This document shows, in pieces, positions 27,384 to 36,619 of a stretch of 64,000 nucleotides of DNA. Numbering within the stretch: the stretch's first letter is position 1; the number at the start of each line of letters is the position of its first letter. Under the pieces are notes generated by a model. It was not told where the DNA came from, ran no database searches, and saw only the letters and a list, made by a program, of their open reading frames with translations. The DNA lies in NCBI GenBank assembly GCA_963714385.1, contig CAVQOJ010000002.1, forward strand, positions 326,528 through 390,527. Reading direction: 5' to 3'. The DNA is from an uncultured Holophagae bacterium. Its GTDB lineage: Bacteria > Acidobacteriota > Thermoanaerobaculia > Thermoanaerobaculales > Sulfomarinibacteraceae. Both the position numbers and the translations under genes were made by a program.

Positions 27384-27560
27384 ATGATCGAGGAGCGACA
27401 CGCCATGGACACTCACTTCACCGGGGTATTCCAACAGGTTGACCGAGGCTGGATCGGATATGTGGAGGAGCTGCCCGGGGCCAATACCCAGGGCAGCACC
27501 CTCGAATTCGGTACCAGGTCAGAGGATCTTGGGATGTTGCGCCCTGGTCGACCGCATTGA
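27384..27560 (+). pseudogene. HicB-like (UPF0150) antitoxin N-terminal fragment
   Basis: FTGVFQQVDRGWIGYVEELPGANTQGSTLE matches the HicB N-terminal beta-sheet motif (..GY.a.vPeLPGc.tqG.TlEEa). Similarity stops exactly where the 18-bp inverted repeat starts (27510). Confidence 0.35.
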
Positions 27561-27596
27561 TTCTCGACAACTTCCTCGGATCCTCTGACCTGGTAC
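27510..27596. repeat. perfect 18-bp inverted repeat with 50-nt spacer
   Basis: gtaccaggtcagaggatc (27511-27528) and gatcctctgacctggtac (27579-27596). Confidence 0.85.
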
Positions 27597-27640
27597 GGAG
27601 ATTGTAATCTGCTGGTGTCGGCGAGTTCGGGATTCGGGGA

Positions 27641-27715
27641 TGGAGCCAACGGGCGGATTTGAACCGCCGACCTAGTGATTACGAATCACTTGCTCTACCC
27701 CTGAGCTACGTTGGC
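27641..27715 (-). tRNA. tRNA-Thr (anticodon CGU), CCA encoded
   Basis: Reverse complement gccaacgtagctcaggggtagagcaagtgattCGTaatcactaggtcggcggttcaaatccgcccgttggctcca. Acceptor gccaacg/cgttggc, anticodon stem agtga/tcact, loop ttCGTaa. Confidence 0.9.
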
Positions 27716-27774
27716 ACGGCGCGCAATTTACCATTCGTGTGGGTGGGAGACAAGTCCTCGGTCACCGCGTATCC

Positions 27775-27869
27775 GATTGCAAATTTCAAATTGCAAATTG
27801 CAAATTGCGGGTTGTCGGCGACCAGCATGGTCTTGGTTGAAGATTGAAGATTGGGAGATTGAAGATTCC
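27775..27869. repeat. two heptad arrays (AATTGCA x5; TTGAAGA x4)
   Basis: gattgca aatttca aattgca aattgca aattgcg (27775-27809). ttgaaga ttgaaga ttgggaga ttgaaga (27837-27869), followed by ccagcccaccc. Confidence 0.9.
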
Positions 27870-27882
27870 ACCAGCCCACCCA

Positions 27883-27926
27883 GATTCCTCGTCGGCCCTT
27901 CGGGCCTCATTCGGAATGACAGCAGG
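27883..27926 (+). repeat. partial copy of the cattcggaatgacag repeat family (family B)
   Basis: gattcctcgtcggcccttcgggcctcattcggaatgacagcagg matches the 3' ends of 40261..40428 and (inverted) 34027..34159. Confidence 0.8.
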
Positions 27927-28003
27927 AGGGTTGTGCCCCGGGTGGGTCGGGGGAATCTTGGATCTGGGTGGTCGAACGGTGAGAGTATCCGGACTGTCGG
28001 AGA

Positions 28004-28126
28004 GAATTCGAAATGCGAAATGCGAAATTCGAAAAACCGACCCCAAGGTCCGCGCTGGCTCGAGGCCCTCCCCAACTCGCCCCCTGTCGAGCAAAGACGT
28101 TCAACCTTCAACTTTTAACTTTTAAC
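28004..28126. repeat. two heptad arrays (AAATGCG/GAATTCG x5; TTTTAAC/CTTCAAC x4)
   Basis: gaattcg aaatgcg aaatgcg aaattcg aaaaacc (28004-28038). gttcaac cttcaac ttttaac ttttaac (28099-28126). Confidence 0.9.
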
Positions 28127-28143
28127 TCTCCACCAATACGCAC

Positions 28144-29277
28144 TCACCCCTCGGGCTGTCGCAGAGTGATGAGATAGATCTCCGATGGTGCCAGGAATCG
28201 CATCGGCGGCCCCCACTGGCCCGAGCCGCGGCTGACGATCTGGGTCATCGACCCGACCTTGTACAGGCCCGCGTAATGGGGGTAGGCCTTCTTGACGGCG
28301 AGGTGGAAGGGCCACAGCTGGCCGCCGTGGGTGTGGCCGTTGAGCATCAGATCGACTCCGGCATCGGCGGCGCGCCGCTCCTTCTCGGGAGCGTGCTGGA
28401 GCAGGACCACCGGCGCTCCCTCCCCCACTCCGTCGAGGGCTCGATCGAGGTCGGCCTCCGGCTCCCCGGTCTGCGCCGAGCCACGGGCGTCGGGGATTCC
28501 CGCCAGGTGCAGCCCTGGCACGATCTGGACCGATTGGTTGTCGAGCACGGTGAAGCCGGCGTCGGCGAGCAGTCGCCGCGCGCGGTCGCGCCCGGCGTAG
28601 TACTCGTGGTTGCCGAGCACGGCGAACACCCCCATTGGCGCCCGCAGGGTCGCCAGCTGGGGCAGCATCTCCTCCACCACTCCGGGGTCGCCGTCCACCA
28701 GGTCGCCGGTGATGGCGATAACGTCGGGTTCGAGGGCGTCGGTCTTGGCGATCAGCCGGTCGAGAAAGCTCGGCCCCAGGATCGTGCCGAGGTGGACGTC
28801 GGAGAGGTGAGCGATGGTCAAGCCCTCCGCCGCGTCCGGCAGGCGCGCGACCGGCACCTCGAGGCGGACGATGCGCGGACCGAGGCGAGCGCTGAGAATC
28901 GCCACCACCGCGGCCGCCAGGGTCAACGTCAGGGCGGCGACGCGGAGGGTGCCGACCCAGGGCCGCAGCACGGTGCCACCGAGGGTGACGACATCGACGA
29001 TCACCAGAAACGCCAGCAGCAGGAAGAGGGTGCCCATCCACACCGCGCCGGCGTACTCGAGTGCCCGGCCGGTCACGTGCCAGCCGGTCGCGTAGAGAAT
29101 CCGGCCCAGGGGGTAGCTGAACAAGCCGAGAATCAGCCCGACGAGGAGCAGTCGGCGGGCGGCCGGCGCCGCGAAGATGGGAACCGACCACAGCCGCCAG
29201 CCCACGTAGAGGTGCTGGCCGAGCCAGATCGTCAGCACGATGGTGAGGAAGACGGCGAAGCGCATGGACGAGCTCAT
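28144..29277 (-). CDS. membrane-anchored metallophosphoesterase (YkuE/calcineurin-like)
   Basis: 377 aa with N-terminal TM helices. HLSDVHLG, ITGDLVD, GNHEYY, GHTHGG motifs. Confidence 0.85.
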   Translation of the reverse strand: MSSSMRFAVFLTIVLTIWLGQHLYVGWRLWSVPIFAAPAARRLLLVGLILGLFSYPLGRILYATGWHVTGRALEYAGAVWMGTLFLLLAFLVIVDVVTLGGTVLRPWVGTLRVAALTLTLAAAVVAILSARLGPRIVRLEVPVARLPDAAEGLTIAHLSDVHLGTILGPSFLDRLIAKTDALEPDVIAITGDLVDGDPGVVEEMLPQLATLRAPMGVFAVLGNHEYYAGRDRARRLLADAGFTVLDNQSVQIVPGLHLAGIPDARGSAQTGEPEADLDRALDGVGEGAPVVLLQHAPEKERRAADAGVDLMLNGHTHGGQLWPFHLAVKKAYPHYAGLYKVGSMTQIVSRGSGQWGPPMRFLAPSEIYLITLRQPEG

Positions 29278-29329
29278 CGTATACCCAACGGGATCGAATC
29301 AGCAGTTATTGCCGGGATCCAGTACCGGG

Positions 29330-29522
29330 ATTGAAGATTGAAGATTGAAGATTGGAGATTCCGCTCGTCCAACCCATCGAAATGCGAAATGCGAATTGAG
29401 CGCCTGCCGAGTTCGCCGAGGGGAATCAATGTGTCTCTCGTATCAAGATGCCAGTTCTACGCAACCGCGACGATCTCGGACGCCGACAATTCGTAATTCG
29501 CAATTCGCAATTCGTAATTTGT
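29330..29522. repeat. heptad array (ATTGAAG x4) plus AATTCGY hairpin element
   Basis: attgaag x3 attggag (29330-29362). Then cgaaatg cgaaatg cgaattg | agcGCCTGCCGAG...gatCTCGGACGCCGAC | aattcgt aattcgc aattcgc aattcgt aatttgt (29378-29522). Confidence 0.9.
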
Positions 29523-29546
29523 TGACTCGTGCCGAAGTCGGCGACG

Positions 29547-31076
29547 TCACCCAGCCGACTCGGCACCCGTCCCAGTCGAAGCACGCCCATAGGTGGTGAT
29601 CATCTCGGCGAGACGGTTCTGGATCTCCGGCGCGAGCATCCAGGGCGTGATCCGGAAGGTCCAGTTGCCCTCCCCTACCGCCGGAGTATTCATCCGGCAG
29701 TCGGAGCCGAGGCCGGCCAGATCCTGGTGAGGCACGACGGCCAGTCGGCAGACCGAGGCCATGGCGAGGCGGATGAAGTCCCAGTGAACGTCACTGCCGT
29801 CGGTGCCGCAGTAGCTGCGCACGAACCGGCATTCCTCCTCGTCGGCATCCTCCAGGTACCATCCGACCGTGGTGTTGTTGTCGTGGGTCCCGGAGTAAAC
29901 GACGAGGTCTCGTTCGAGCAGGTAGGGCAGGAAAAGCGATCGGTCGCGGGGGTTGAAGGCGAACTGGAGGATCGCCATGCCGGGCAGGCCGAGGCCCTTG
30001 CGGAGCTCGACCACGTCCTGAGTGATCTCGCCCAGGTCCTCGGCCACCAGCGGAAGACCGCCGAGGGCCGCCGACAGCGCGTCGAACAGCGCGCGGCCCG
30101 GCCCCGGCACCCAGCGGCCGTGGGTGGCCACCTCGTGGTCCGCCGGAACCTCCCAGTGTGCGGCGAAGCCGCGAAAGTGGTCGATGCGAACGGCGTCCGC
30201 CAGCGTCAGCTCGTGCCGCATCCTGGCAACCCACCACGCGTAGCCGTCTTCGGCCATTCGGTCCCAGTCATACAGCGGATTGCCCCACAGCTGTCCGGTG
30301 CTCGAAAAGTAGTCCGGGGGCGCACCGCCCACCACGGTGGGATGGCGTTCCTCGTCGAGCAGGAAGAACTCGGGGTGAGCCCATACGTCCGCCGAGTCCA
30401 GGGCGACGAAGATCGGGACGTCGCCGAGGATCGACACGCCTTTCCGGTCTGCGACGTCGCGCACCGCCGCCCACTGCCGGAAGAACAGGAACTGGCTGAA
30501 CTCCACGAGCTCGACCTCTTCCCGATGATCGGAGGACCAGCTCTCCAGGGCTCCGGCTTCGCGAAAGGCCAGCGGCCGAGGCCAGTCGTACCACGGCGCG
30601 CCGTCGTGGGCCCTCTTGAGGGCTTCGAAGAGGGCGAAGTCGCCGAGCCAGTGGCCGTGGGTCTCCCGGAAGGCGGCAAGGTCCTGGAGCAGGTCCATGC
30701 GGCGCTGGCCGAGGTGACGCGAGAATGCGGCTCGCAGCATCCCCCGTTTGCCAGTTTCCACTGCCCCGTAGTCCACCCATTGGTCGGGAAGCGCCAGTGC
30801 CCCGGCCAGATCCTCTGCCGCCAACAACCCGTCCTCCACCAGCCGCTGGGGGCTGATCAGAAGATCGTTACCCGCGAAGGTCGAGGTGGCAGAGTAGGGC
30901 GAGTTCCCGGGGCCGGCGGGGTGGAGGGGCAGGATCTGCCACCAGCCGACGCCGGCCTCCACCAGCCAGCCGAGGTAATCGGTTGCAGCGGGACCGAGAT
31001 CGCCGATCCCGAACCGGGACGGCAACGAGGTCGGGTGCAGCAGCACCCCGGCGGATCGATCGGTGAGAGTCGGCAT
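29547..31076 (-). CDS. malQ: 4-alpha-glucanotransferase (amylomaltase, GH77)
   Basis: 509 aa. RSAGVLLHPTSLPSRFGIGDLG N-terminus, DHFRGF, WGNPLYDW motifs. Confidence 0.9.
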   Translation of the reverse strand: MPTLTDRSAGVLLHPTSLPSRFGIGDLGPAATDYLGWLVEAGVGWWQILPLHPAGPGNSPYSATSTFAGNDLLISPQRLVEDGLLAAEDLAGALALPDQWVDYGAVETGKRGMLRAAFSRHLGQRRMDLLQDLAAFRETHGHWLGDFALFEALKRAHDGAPWYDWPRPLAFREAGALESWSSDHREEVELVEFSQFLFFRQWAAVRDVADRKGVSILGDVPIFVALDSADVWAHPEFFLLDEERHPTVVGGAPPDYFSSTGQLWGNPLYDWDRMAEDGYAWWVARMRHELTLADAVRIDHFRGFAAHWEVPADHEVATHGRWVPGPGRALFDALSAALGGLPLVAEDLGEITQDVVELRKGLGLPGMAILQFAFNPRDRSLFLPYLLERDLVVYSGTHDNNTTVGWYLEDADEEECRFVRSYCGTDGSDVHWDFIRLAMASVCRLAVVPHQDLAGLGSDCRMNTPAVGEGNWTFRITPWMLAPEIQNRLAEMITTYGRASTGTGAESAG

Positions 31077-31150
31077 CGAATCATCTTAGACGATCGGGCA
31101 AACGGCGAGACTTCAAATGAGAGTCGCCGAGTCCCCTCAGTCATGGGTGA

Positions 31151-31262
31151 CTGCAAATTGCAGATTGCAGATTGTCTCGCTCAACCCGCTGTTCAGGAGC
31201 GGGAGGGGGAAATTTTGAATTTGAAATTTTGAATCTGAAATTTGAGGCAGGGCGGGTGGCGG
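31151..31262. repeat. heptad arrays (AGATTGC x3; GAAATTT/TGAATTT x5) + G-box in the malQ/glgP divergent spacer
   Basis: ctgcaaattgcagattgcagattgtc (31151-31176). gaaattt tgaattt gaaattt tgaatct gaaattt (31209-31243). gggcgggtggcgg (31250-31262). Confidence 0.9.
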
Positions 31263-31314
31263 CCCACCGCCTCCCCCGCGGTGTGCTATTTTTCGTCCCC
31301 GTGGAGGACCGCGA

Positions 31315-33801
31315 ATGCTGCCGCCCGTACACCTGAAACAACCCACGCCCGAGGAGTTCCGAGACCGTTTTCTGCACTACCTGCGCTACTCCTGCGGCAT
31401 GGAGCTGCGCCACGCACGGGCCGCTGACCACCTGGCGGCGGTGGAGCTGGCGGTGCGCGAGTCCTTGATCGATCGGGCCATCCTGACCCGCCGAACCTAC
31501 GATCAGATCCTGCCGAAAATCGTCAACTACCTGTCGGTGGAGTACCTTCTCGGCCGGCTGTTGCGCAACAACCTGCTCGCTACCGGGCTCATGGGGACCG
31601 CCCGGGAAGCCATGCAGATGCTCGGGCTCAACCTGGACACCGTGGTCGAGGAGGAGCCCGACCCGGGACTCGGCAACGGCGGCCTGGGTCGACTCGCGGC
31701 CTGCTTCCTCGACTCGCTGGCCACCCTCGACTACCCCGCCTTCGGCTACGGCCTCCACTACGACTACGGGATGTTCCGACAGGCCTTCGAGAACGGGTGG
31801 CAGGTGGAGCTGGCCGACACCTGGCTCGAAGAGGGCAACCCGTGGGCGGTGGAACGCGCCGACCGCGCGGTGCCGGTGATGATCGGCGGCCGGATCGACT
31901 GGGATCAGACCACCGACGGCAAGCACCGGCCGACGTGGCGGGACTGGCGGACCTTTTACGGTGTGCCGAACGATATCCTCATTGCCGGCTATGGCACCCT
32001 GACGGTGTCCACCCTCCGCCTGTGGCGAGCCGAGGCGCCGTCGGAGTTCGACTTTCAGATCTTCTCCCAGGGAGACTTCGCCACCGCGGTGGTCGAACGT
32101 GAGCGCGCCGAGACCATCACCCGTGTGCTCTATCCGGCGGATCACATCGAGACCGGCCGCAACCTGCGACTCCTCCAGGAGTACTTCCTGGTGGTCTGCT
32201 CGGTGCGCGACGTGGTCAACCGGTTCCGCCTGCGCCACGGCGAGGCGTGGGAGCTGTTCCCGGATCGGATGGCCTTCCAGCTCAACGACACCCATCCCGC
32301 CCTCACCGTGGCCGAGCTGATGCGGTTCTTCGTCGATGAGGCCGGCGTCAAGTGGGACACGGCGTGGGAGCTGACCCGCTCGAGCTGCAGCTACACCAAC
32401 CACACCCTGCTGCCCGAGGCTCTCGAGAGCTGGCCGGTGGCGGTCATGGAGCTGATGATCCCTCGGCACGTCCAGATCATCTACGAGATCAACCGCCGTT
32501 TCTTGGAGTCGGTCGGCGAACGGTCCAGCGGCGACCCCAACAAAATCCGCCGCATGTCCATCCTCCATGAGGACGGCGAGAAAAGATTCCGCATGGCGAA
32601 CCTCGCCATCGTGGGCAGCCACCGCGTCAACGGCGTCGCCAAGCTCCACACCGAGCTCCTCCGCACCCGTCTGGCGCGGGACTTTGCCGAAATGTGGCCC
32701 GATCGCTTCGTGGCGATCACCAACGGCATCACCCCCCGACGCTGGCTGCTGGCCTGCAACCCGCGGCTCGCGGATGCGGTCACCCACCGCATCGGTGACG
32801 GCTGGCCGACCGACCTCGACCGGCTGGCCGAGCTGAAGCCCCTCGCCGACGACGAGAGCTTCCAGGACGAGATCTGGTCCATCAAGCAGGCCAACAAGGA
32901 GCACCTGGCGTCGCAGCTCCAACAGCTCACCGGGGTCGCGCTCGACCCGACCTCGATGTTCGACGTCCAGATCAAGCGGCTGCACGAGTACAAGCGACAG
33001 CTGCTCAACATCATGCACGTGATCTGGCTGTACCAGCGAATCAAACAGAATCCGGACAAAGAAATCCAGCCGCGCAGCTTCATCTTCGGCGCCAAGGCAC
33101 CGCCCTCGTACCACATGGCGAAGCTCATCATCCGGCTGATCAACGGCGTCGCCGACGTGGTCAACCAAGACGCGGACGTCAGGGGTCGGCTGCGCGTGGT
33201 GTTTCCGCCCGATTACCGTGTGACTCTCGCGGAGAAGATCATCCCGGCCGCCGATCTGTCCGAGCAGATCTCCACTGCCGGTATGGAGGCCTCCGGCACC
33301 GGCAACATGAAGCTCGCCCTCAACGGGGCCCTCACCATCGGCACCCTCGACGGCGCCAACATCGAGATCAGGGACGCGGTCGGCGCGGACAACATCTTCA
33401 TATTCGGGCTCACTGCCGACCAGGTGGAGTCTCGGCTGACCACCGCCTCCCACAGTCCGTGGAAGACCTACCGCGCCGATCCCGAGCTCGCCGAGGTCAT
33501 CGACGCCATCGGCGACGGGACATTCGTTCAGGGCGACGAGGTGGTGCTGCACGACATCTGGTCCGCCCTCATGGAGCACGGCGACCGCTACATGCACCTC
33601 GCCGACTTCCGGTCCTACGTCCGGGCGCAGGAGCGGGCGGCCGCACTGTTCGCCGACCGACGCGCCTGGACCGCCGCCGCGATTCGCAACATCGCCGCCA
33701 TGGGTTACTTCTCGTCGGACCGGTCGATCACCGAGTACGCCAACGAGATCTGGCAGCTCGAGCCGGTTCCGGTGATCGAGCCATCGGGCAACGGGGGGTA
33801 G
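31315..33801 (+). CDS. glgP: glycogen/maltodextrin phosphorylase (GT35)
   Basis: 828 aa. EASGTGNMKLALNGALTIGTLDGANIE pyridoxal-phosphate site, GNGGLGRLAACFLDS. Confidence 0.95.
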   Translation: MLPPVHLKQPTPEEFRDRFLHYLRYSCGMELRHARAADHLAAVELAVRESLIDRAILTRRTYDQILPKIVNYLSVEYLLGRLLRNNLLATGLMGTAREAMQMLGLNLDTVVEEEPDPGLGNGGLGRLAACFLDSLATLDYPAFGYGLHYDYGMFRQAFENGWQVELADTWLEEGNPWAVERADRAVPVMIGGRIDWDQTTDGKHRPTWRDWRTFYGVPNDILIAGYGTLTVSTLRLWRAEAPSEFDFQIFSQGDFATAVVERERAETITRVLYPADHIETGRNLRLLQEYFLVVCSVRDVVNRFRLRHGEAWELFPDRMAFQLNDTHPALTVAELMRFFVDEAGVKWDTAWELTRSSCSYTNHTLLPEALESWPVAVMELMIPRHVQIIYEINRRFLESVGERSSGDPNKIRRMSILHEDGEKRFRMANLAIVGSHRVNGVAKLHTELLRTRLARDFAEMWPDRFVAITNGITPRRWLLACNPRLADAVTHRIGDGWPTDLDRLAELKPLADDESFQDEIWSIKQANKEHLASQLQQLTGVALDPTSMFDVQIKRLHEYKRQLLNIMHVIWLYQRIKQNPDKEIQPRSFIFGAKAPPSYHMAKLIIRLINGVADVVNQDADVRGRLRVVFPPDYRVTLAEKIIPAADLSEQISTAGMEASGTGNMKLALNGALTIGTLDGANIEIRDAVGADNIFIFGLTADQVESRLTTASHSPWKTYRADPELAEVIDAIGDGTFVQGDEVVLHDIWSALMEHGDRYMHLADFRSYVRAQERAAALFADRRAWTAAAIRNIAAMGYFSSDRSITEYANEIWQLEPVPVIEPSGNGG

Positions 33802-33811
33802 CCGCACCCGC

Positions 33812-33841
33812 GAAAATTCGGAATTCGGAATTCGGAAAACC
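33812..33841. repeat. heptad array (GAATTCG)n
   Basis: gaaaattcg gaattcg gaattcg gaaaacc, 11 nt after the glgP stop. Confidence 0.9.
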
Positions 33842-34026
33842 GATCTCGAACGGCGGTGCTTGGATTGGCCGCAGAAAAACGCAGAGGGACGCAGACCAAC
33901 GCAGGCGGTTTTGTCCGATAGGACACAGAAGAACACAGAGGGACACTGACTTTCCCCAACCACCCTGGAGAAAAGGAGAGAAGGGGAGGAGTCCGGCCGA
34001 CCCATACCGGTACACGCCTGCTGTCA

Positions 34027-34159
34027 TTCCGAATGAGGCCCTAAGGGTCGAAGAGGAATCCGTTCGACTCGCGTCGCTCGCTCAGTCAGGACAAGTCTGG
34101 GCCATCTCGGCCGTCGCCTGACCCGAAAACCGAACGAGTGAGCCGTTCCAAGATGACGC
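34027..34159 (-). repeat. family B repeat (cattcggaatgacag family), inverted copy
   Basis: The reverse complement aligns with 40261..40428 (ggctcactcgttcgg...ggccgagatggcccagacttgtcctga..gagcgagcga.gcgagtcgaacggattcctcttcg...cctcattcggaatgacagc), lacking a ~40-bp internal segment. Confidence 0.85.
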
Positions 34160-34163
34160 CGGG

Positions 34164-34198
34164 GTTTCGACTTTTGACTTTCGACTTTTGACTTTTGA
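34164..34198. repeat. heptad array (TTTTGAC/TTTCGAC x5)
   Basis: tttcgac ttttgac tttcgac ttttgac ttttgac, 22 nt downstream of the ABC-2 permease stop. Confidence 0.9.
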
Positions 34199-34219
34199 CT
34201 GGAATTGGATGGGCGCCGC

Positions 34220-35384
34220 CTACTCCACGCGAAGTGACCGGGAGGCGAGGGCTGAGAAGAGCACGGCACCGCCGAGCAGCACACCGATCTCGGGCGCCAC
34301 ATCCGGCAGCCCGCGGCCGAAGGAGATCACCTGGTGGAGGGCCTTCATCGCCCAGCCGGTGGGAAAGAGCAACGCCACCTTCTGCAGGGTCGGGGACACG
34401 AACTCGATCGGCCACATGCAGCCGCCGAAGGCACCCATCACCATGGTGAAGAGAACGCCGACGTTGGCGGCACGACTGGGGTCGCGAAACCAGCCGCCGA
34501 CCAGGACCCCGAGCGGTGCGACGCAGAGTGCGTAAGCCAGCAGCACGACGTACGCCGCTGCCACGTGGTCACCGATGAAGATCCCGAGGGCCCGATTGGC
34601 GATCACGGCGGCGACGACGAGGACCGTGATCTGGGCGAGGGCGATCACGACCCGGCCACCGATCTTGCCGAGGATGATCTCGACCCCGGACACCGGTGTG
34701 GTCACCAAACGGCGCAAACGCCCGCCGGTTCTTTCCTCCGCGATCGACGCCGCACCGAAGGTCAGGGCCACCAGCAACACGAAGAGCACGGTGTTGCCCG
34801 GGATCGACTGGGCGAACCCGGTCGGCCGCACGCGGGACTCGCCCGCGAACCGACTGTTGACCGTGATCAGATCGTCGCCCCCACCCGCCGCGGCGAACGA
34901 CGGTTCGTCCAACATCGACCCGCCCTCCCCCGCCGACTCGACGATGCGGCCGATGACCCGGCTGATCGAGGAGACAATTCTCGCCTGGGCCACCAGCGCG
35001 GCTTCCCGGCTCGTGTCCGGGTCCTTCTCGAGCCGCAGCGTGACTCGCTCGCCGGCGGCGACGGAGCCGGTGAATCCCTCGGGGATCACCAGAGTCCGGA
35101 TCTTGTCGAGCGTGTTGCAGCGCCTCATCGGGGCTCAGCTCGACGAGCTCGAGCCGGTCGCCGTGCAGGCTTTCGATCAGCGCCCGTGCCAGGAATCCAC
35201 GGTCGTGGTCGACCACCGTCAGTCGGACCTTCGCGTCGACGGGCTGGCCCTGCTTGCCGCCACCCATCACCAGCCCGAAGAAGGTGATGAACACGATGGG
35301 CAGCACGAACATCCACATCACCGCTGCGCGGTCCCTGAGAACCAGCCTGAGATCCTGGCGGGCGATGGTGAAGATGTTGCGCAT
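34220..35384 (-). pseudogene. ABC-2 type transporter permease interrupted by one frameshift (or assembly indel)
   Basis: N-terminus MRNIFTIARQDLRLVLRDRAAVMWMFVLPIVF...LELVELSPDEA in the frame of track ORF 34569..35831. Continuation ...LDKIRTLVIPEGFTGS...EERTGGRLRRLVTTPVSG... in track ORF 34220..35128. Switch near 35101-35135. Total length 1165 nt is not a multiple of 3. Confidence 0.65.
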
Positions 35385-36619
35385 CACGCCACCCCGCGCA
35401 CGATCTTTCGCCGCAACACCAACACACCGATCCCGAGGAAGACGAGCCCGAAGCCCGCGAGAACCGCCAGGTTCGGGGCGATATCCGCCAGGCCGCCCCC
35501 CCGCTGAATGAGCTCGTTGAAGGCGTCCACCGCCCAAAAGGTGAGCGTCGCGCGGCTCACCGGCAGCATGAAGGAAGGCATCCCGTCCAGCGGCACAAAG
35601 GCCCCTCCGAGCATCGACCACACGATGATGACGATGGTGGTCAGGGCGTCCCCCTGTCGCTCGCTGCCCACCAGGCTCATGATCAGGATCATGGTGCCGG
35701 CGGCGGCCAGCGAGGTAACGAGGATCAGCACCAACACGGCGGCCGGTGGTCCCCACCACACCCCGAATGCGATGCCCACCGCCACCAGGATGATGAAGCC
35801 GAGGGCGGTGACGGCGAGCGTCGATAGACACTTCCCTGCCAGGTACTGCCCCACCGCAACCGGTGCGGTCAGCAGGTGACGAAGCAGACCGCTCTCGCGT
35901 TCGACCAGGATGTCCCGGCTGGCCGACCGCGCCATGAAGAGGATGCCGAAGATCGTCATCCCCGGCAGGATCAATGCCAAGATGTTGAAGTCGACGTCGT
36001 TTCCGGTCGTCAGCGTCACGGTTTCCAAGCCGATGATCGGTGGGAACACGTAGCTCTCCAGATCCCTCAGCTTTTGATTCACCGCGACGCTGAAGGCGCC
36101 CACCTGGAGATCGGGCGGCACCCCCTCACGATCCATGAAACCCCCGATCGTCGCCAGCTCGGGGCCGAAGACCACCGAGGCCTGCGACAGCACCGCCGCC
36201 CCCACCCCGACTCCCTCCTCCACGAGCTGGGGCAGGAACCGCTGGGCAGGGTTCTTGACCACCTCCAGGGTCACCGGCACACCGGTCAGGAAGTTCTTCG
36301 TAAAGCCCGGCGGGATGTGCAGCAGGGCGTTGGCTTCGCCCTCCTCCATCATCCGATAGCCCTCTTCACCGACCGGCACCAGCTCCAGGCGCTCGTCCCA
36401 TCTCGAATCTGAAGACCCGCCCTGGAGGAGCCGGGACAACAGGCTGTCGTCCTCGTCGTGAACCAGGACCCGGAGGGTGATCGCGTCGCCGCCTTGACCT
36501 CCGAACACCAGGGAGAAGATCGCCGCCATGGTCAGCGGCACGGCGAACATGAGAGCCGTGGTGATCGGGTTGCGGACCCATCGTGTGAGGTCCCGCCGGA
36601 GAATCTCCAGCTCGACCAT
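35384..36619 (-). CDS. ABC-2 type transporter permease
   Basis: 411 aa. N-terminal TM, large extracytoplasmic loop, C-terminal 5 TM. ERESGLLRHLLTAPV motif. Start overlaps the ATPase stop (ATGA at 36619). Confidence 0.8.
   Translation of the reverse strand: MVELEILRRDLTRWVRNPITTALMFAVPLTMAAIFSLVFGGQGGDAITLRVLVHDEDDSLLSRLLQGGSSDSRWDERLELVPVGEEGYRMMEEGEANALLHIPPGFTKNFLTGVPVTLEVVKNPAQRFLPQLVEEGVGVGAAVLSQASVVFGPELATIGGFMDREGVPPDLQVGAFSVAVNQKLRDLESYVFPPIIGLETVTLTTGNDVDFNILALILPGMTIFGILFMARSASRDILVERESGLLRHLLTAPVAVGQYLAGKCLSTLAVTALGFIILVAVGIAFGVWWGPPAAVLVLILVTSLAAAGTMILIMSLVGSERQGDALTTIVIIVWSMLGGAFVPLDGMPSFMLPVSRATLTFWAVDAFNELIQRGGGLADIAPNLAVLAGFGLVFLGIGVLVLRRKIVRGVA

Noticed and set aside
27501-27585. 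EcoRI (gaattc), KpnI (ggtacc) and BamHI (ggatcc) sites clustered around the inverted repeat; possible cloning-vector contamination.
   Set aside because: The order and spacing do not match common polylinkers. GAATTC is intrinsic to several heptad families throughout the window, and the flanks are native sequence (tRNA-Thr, HicB-like ORF).
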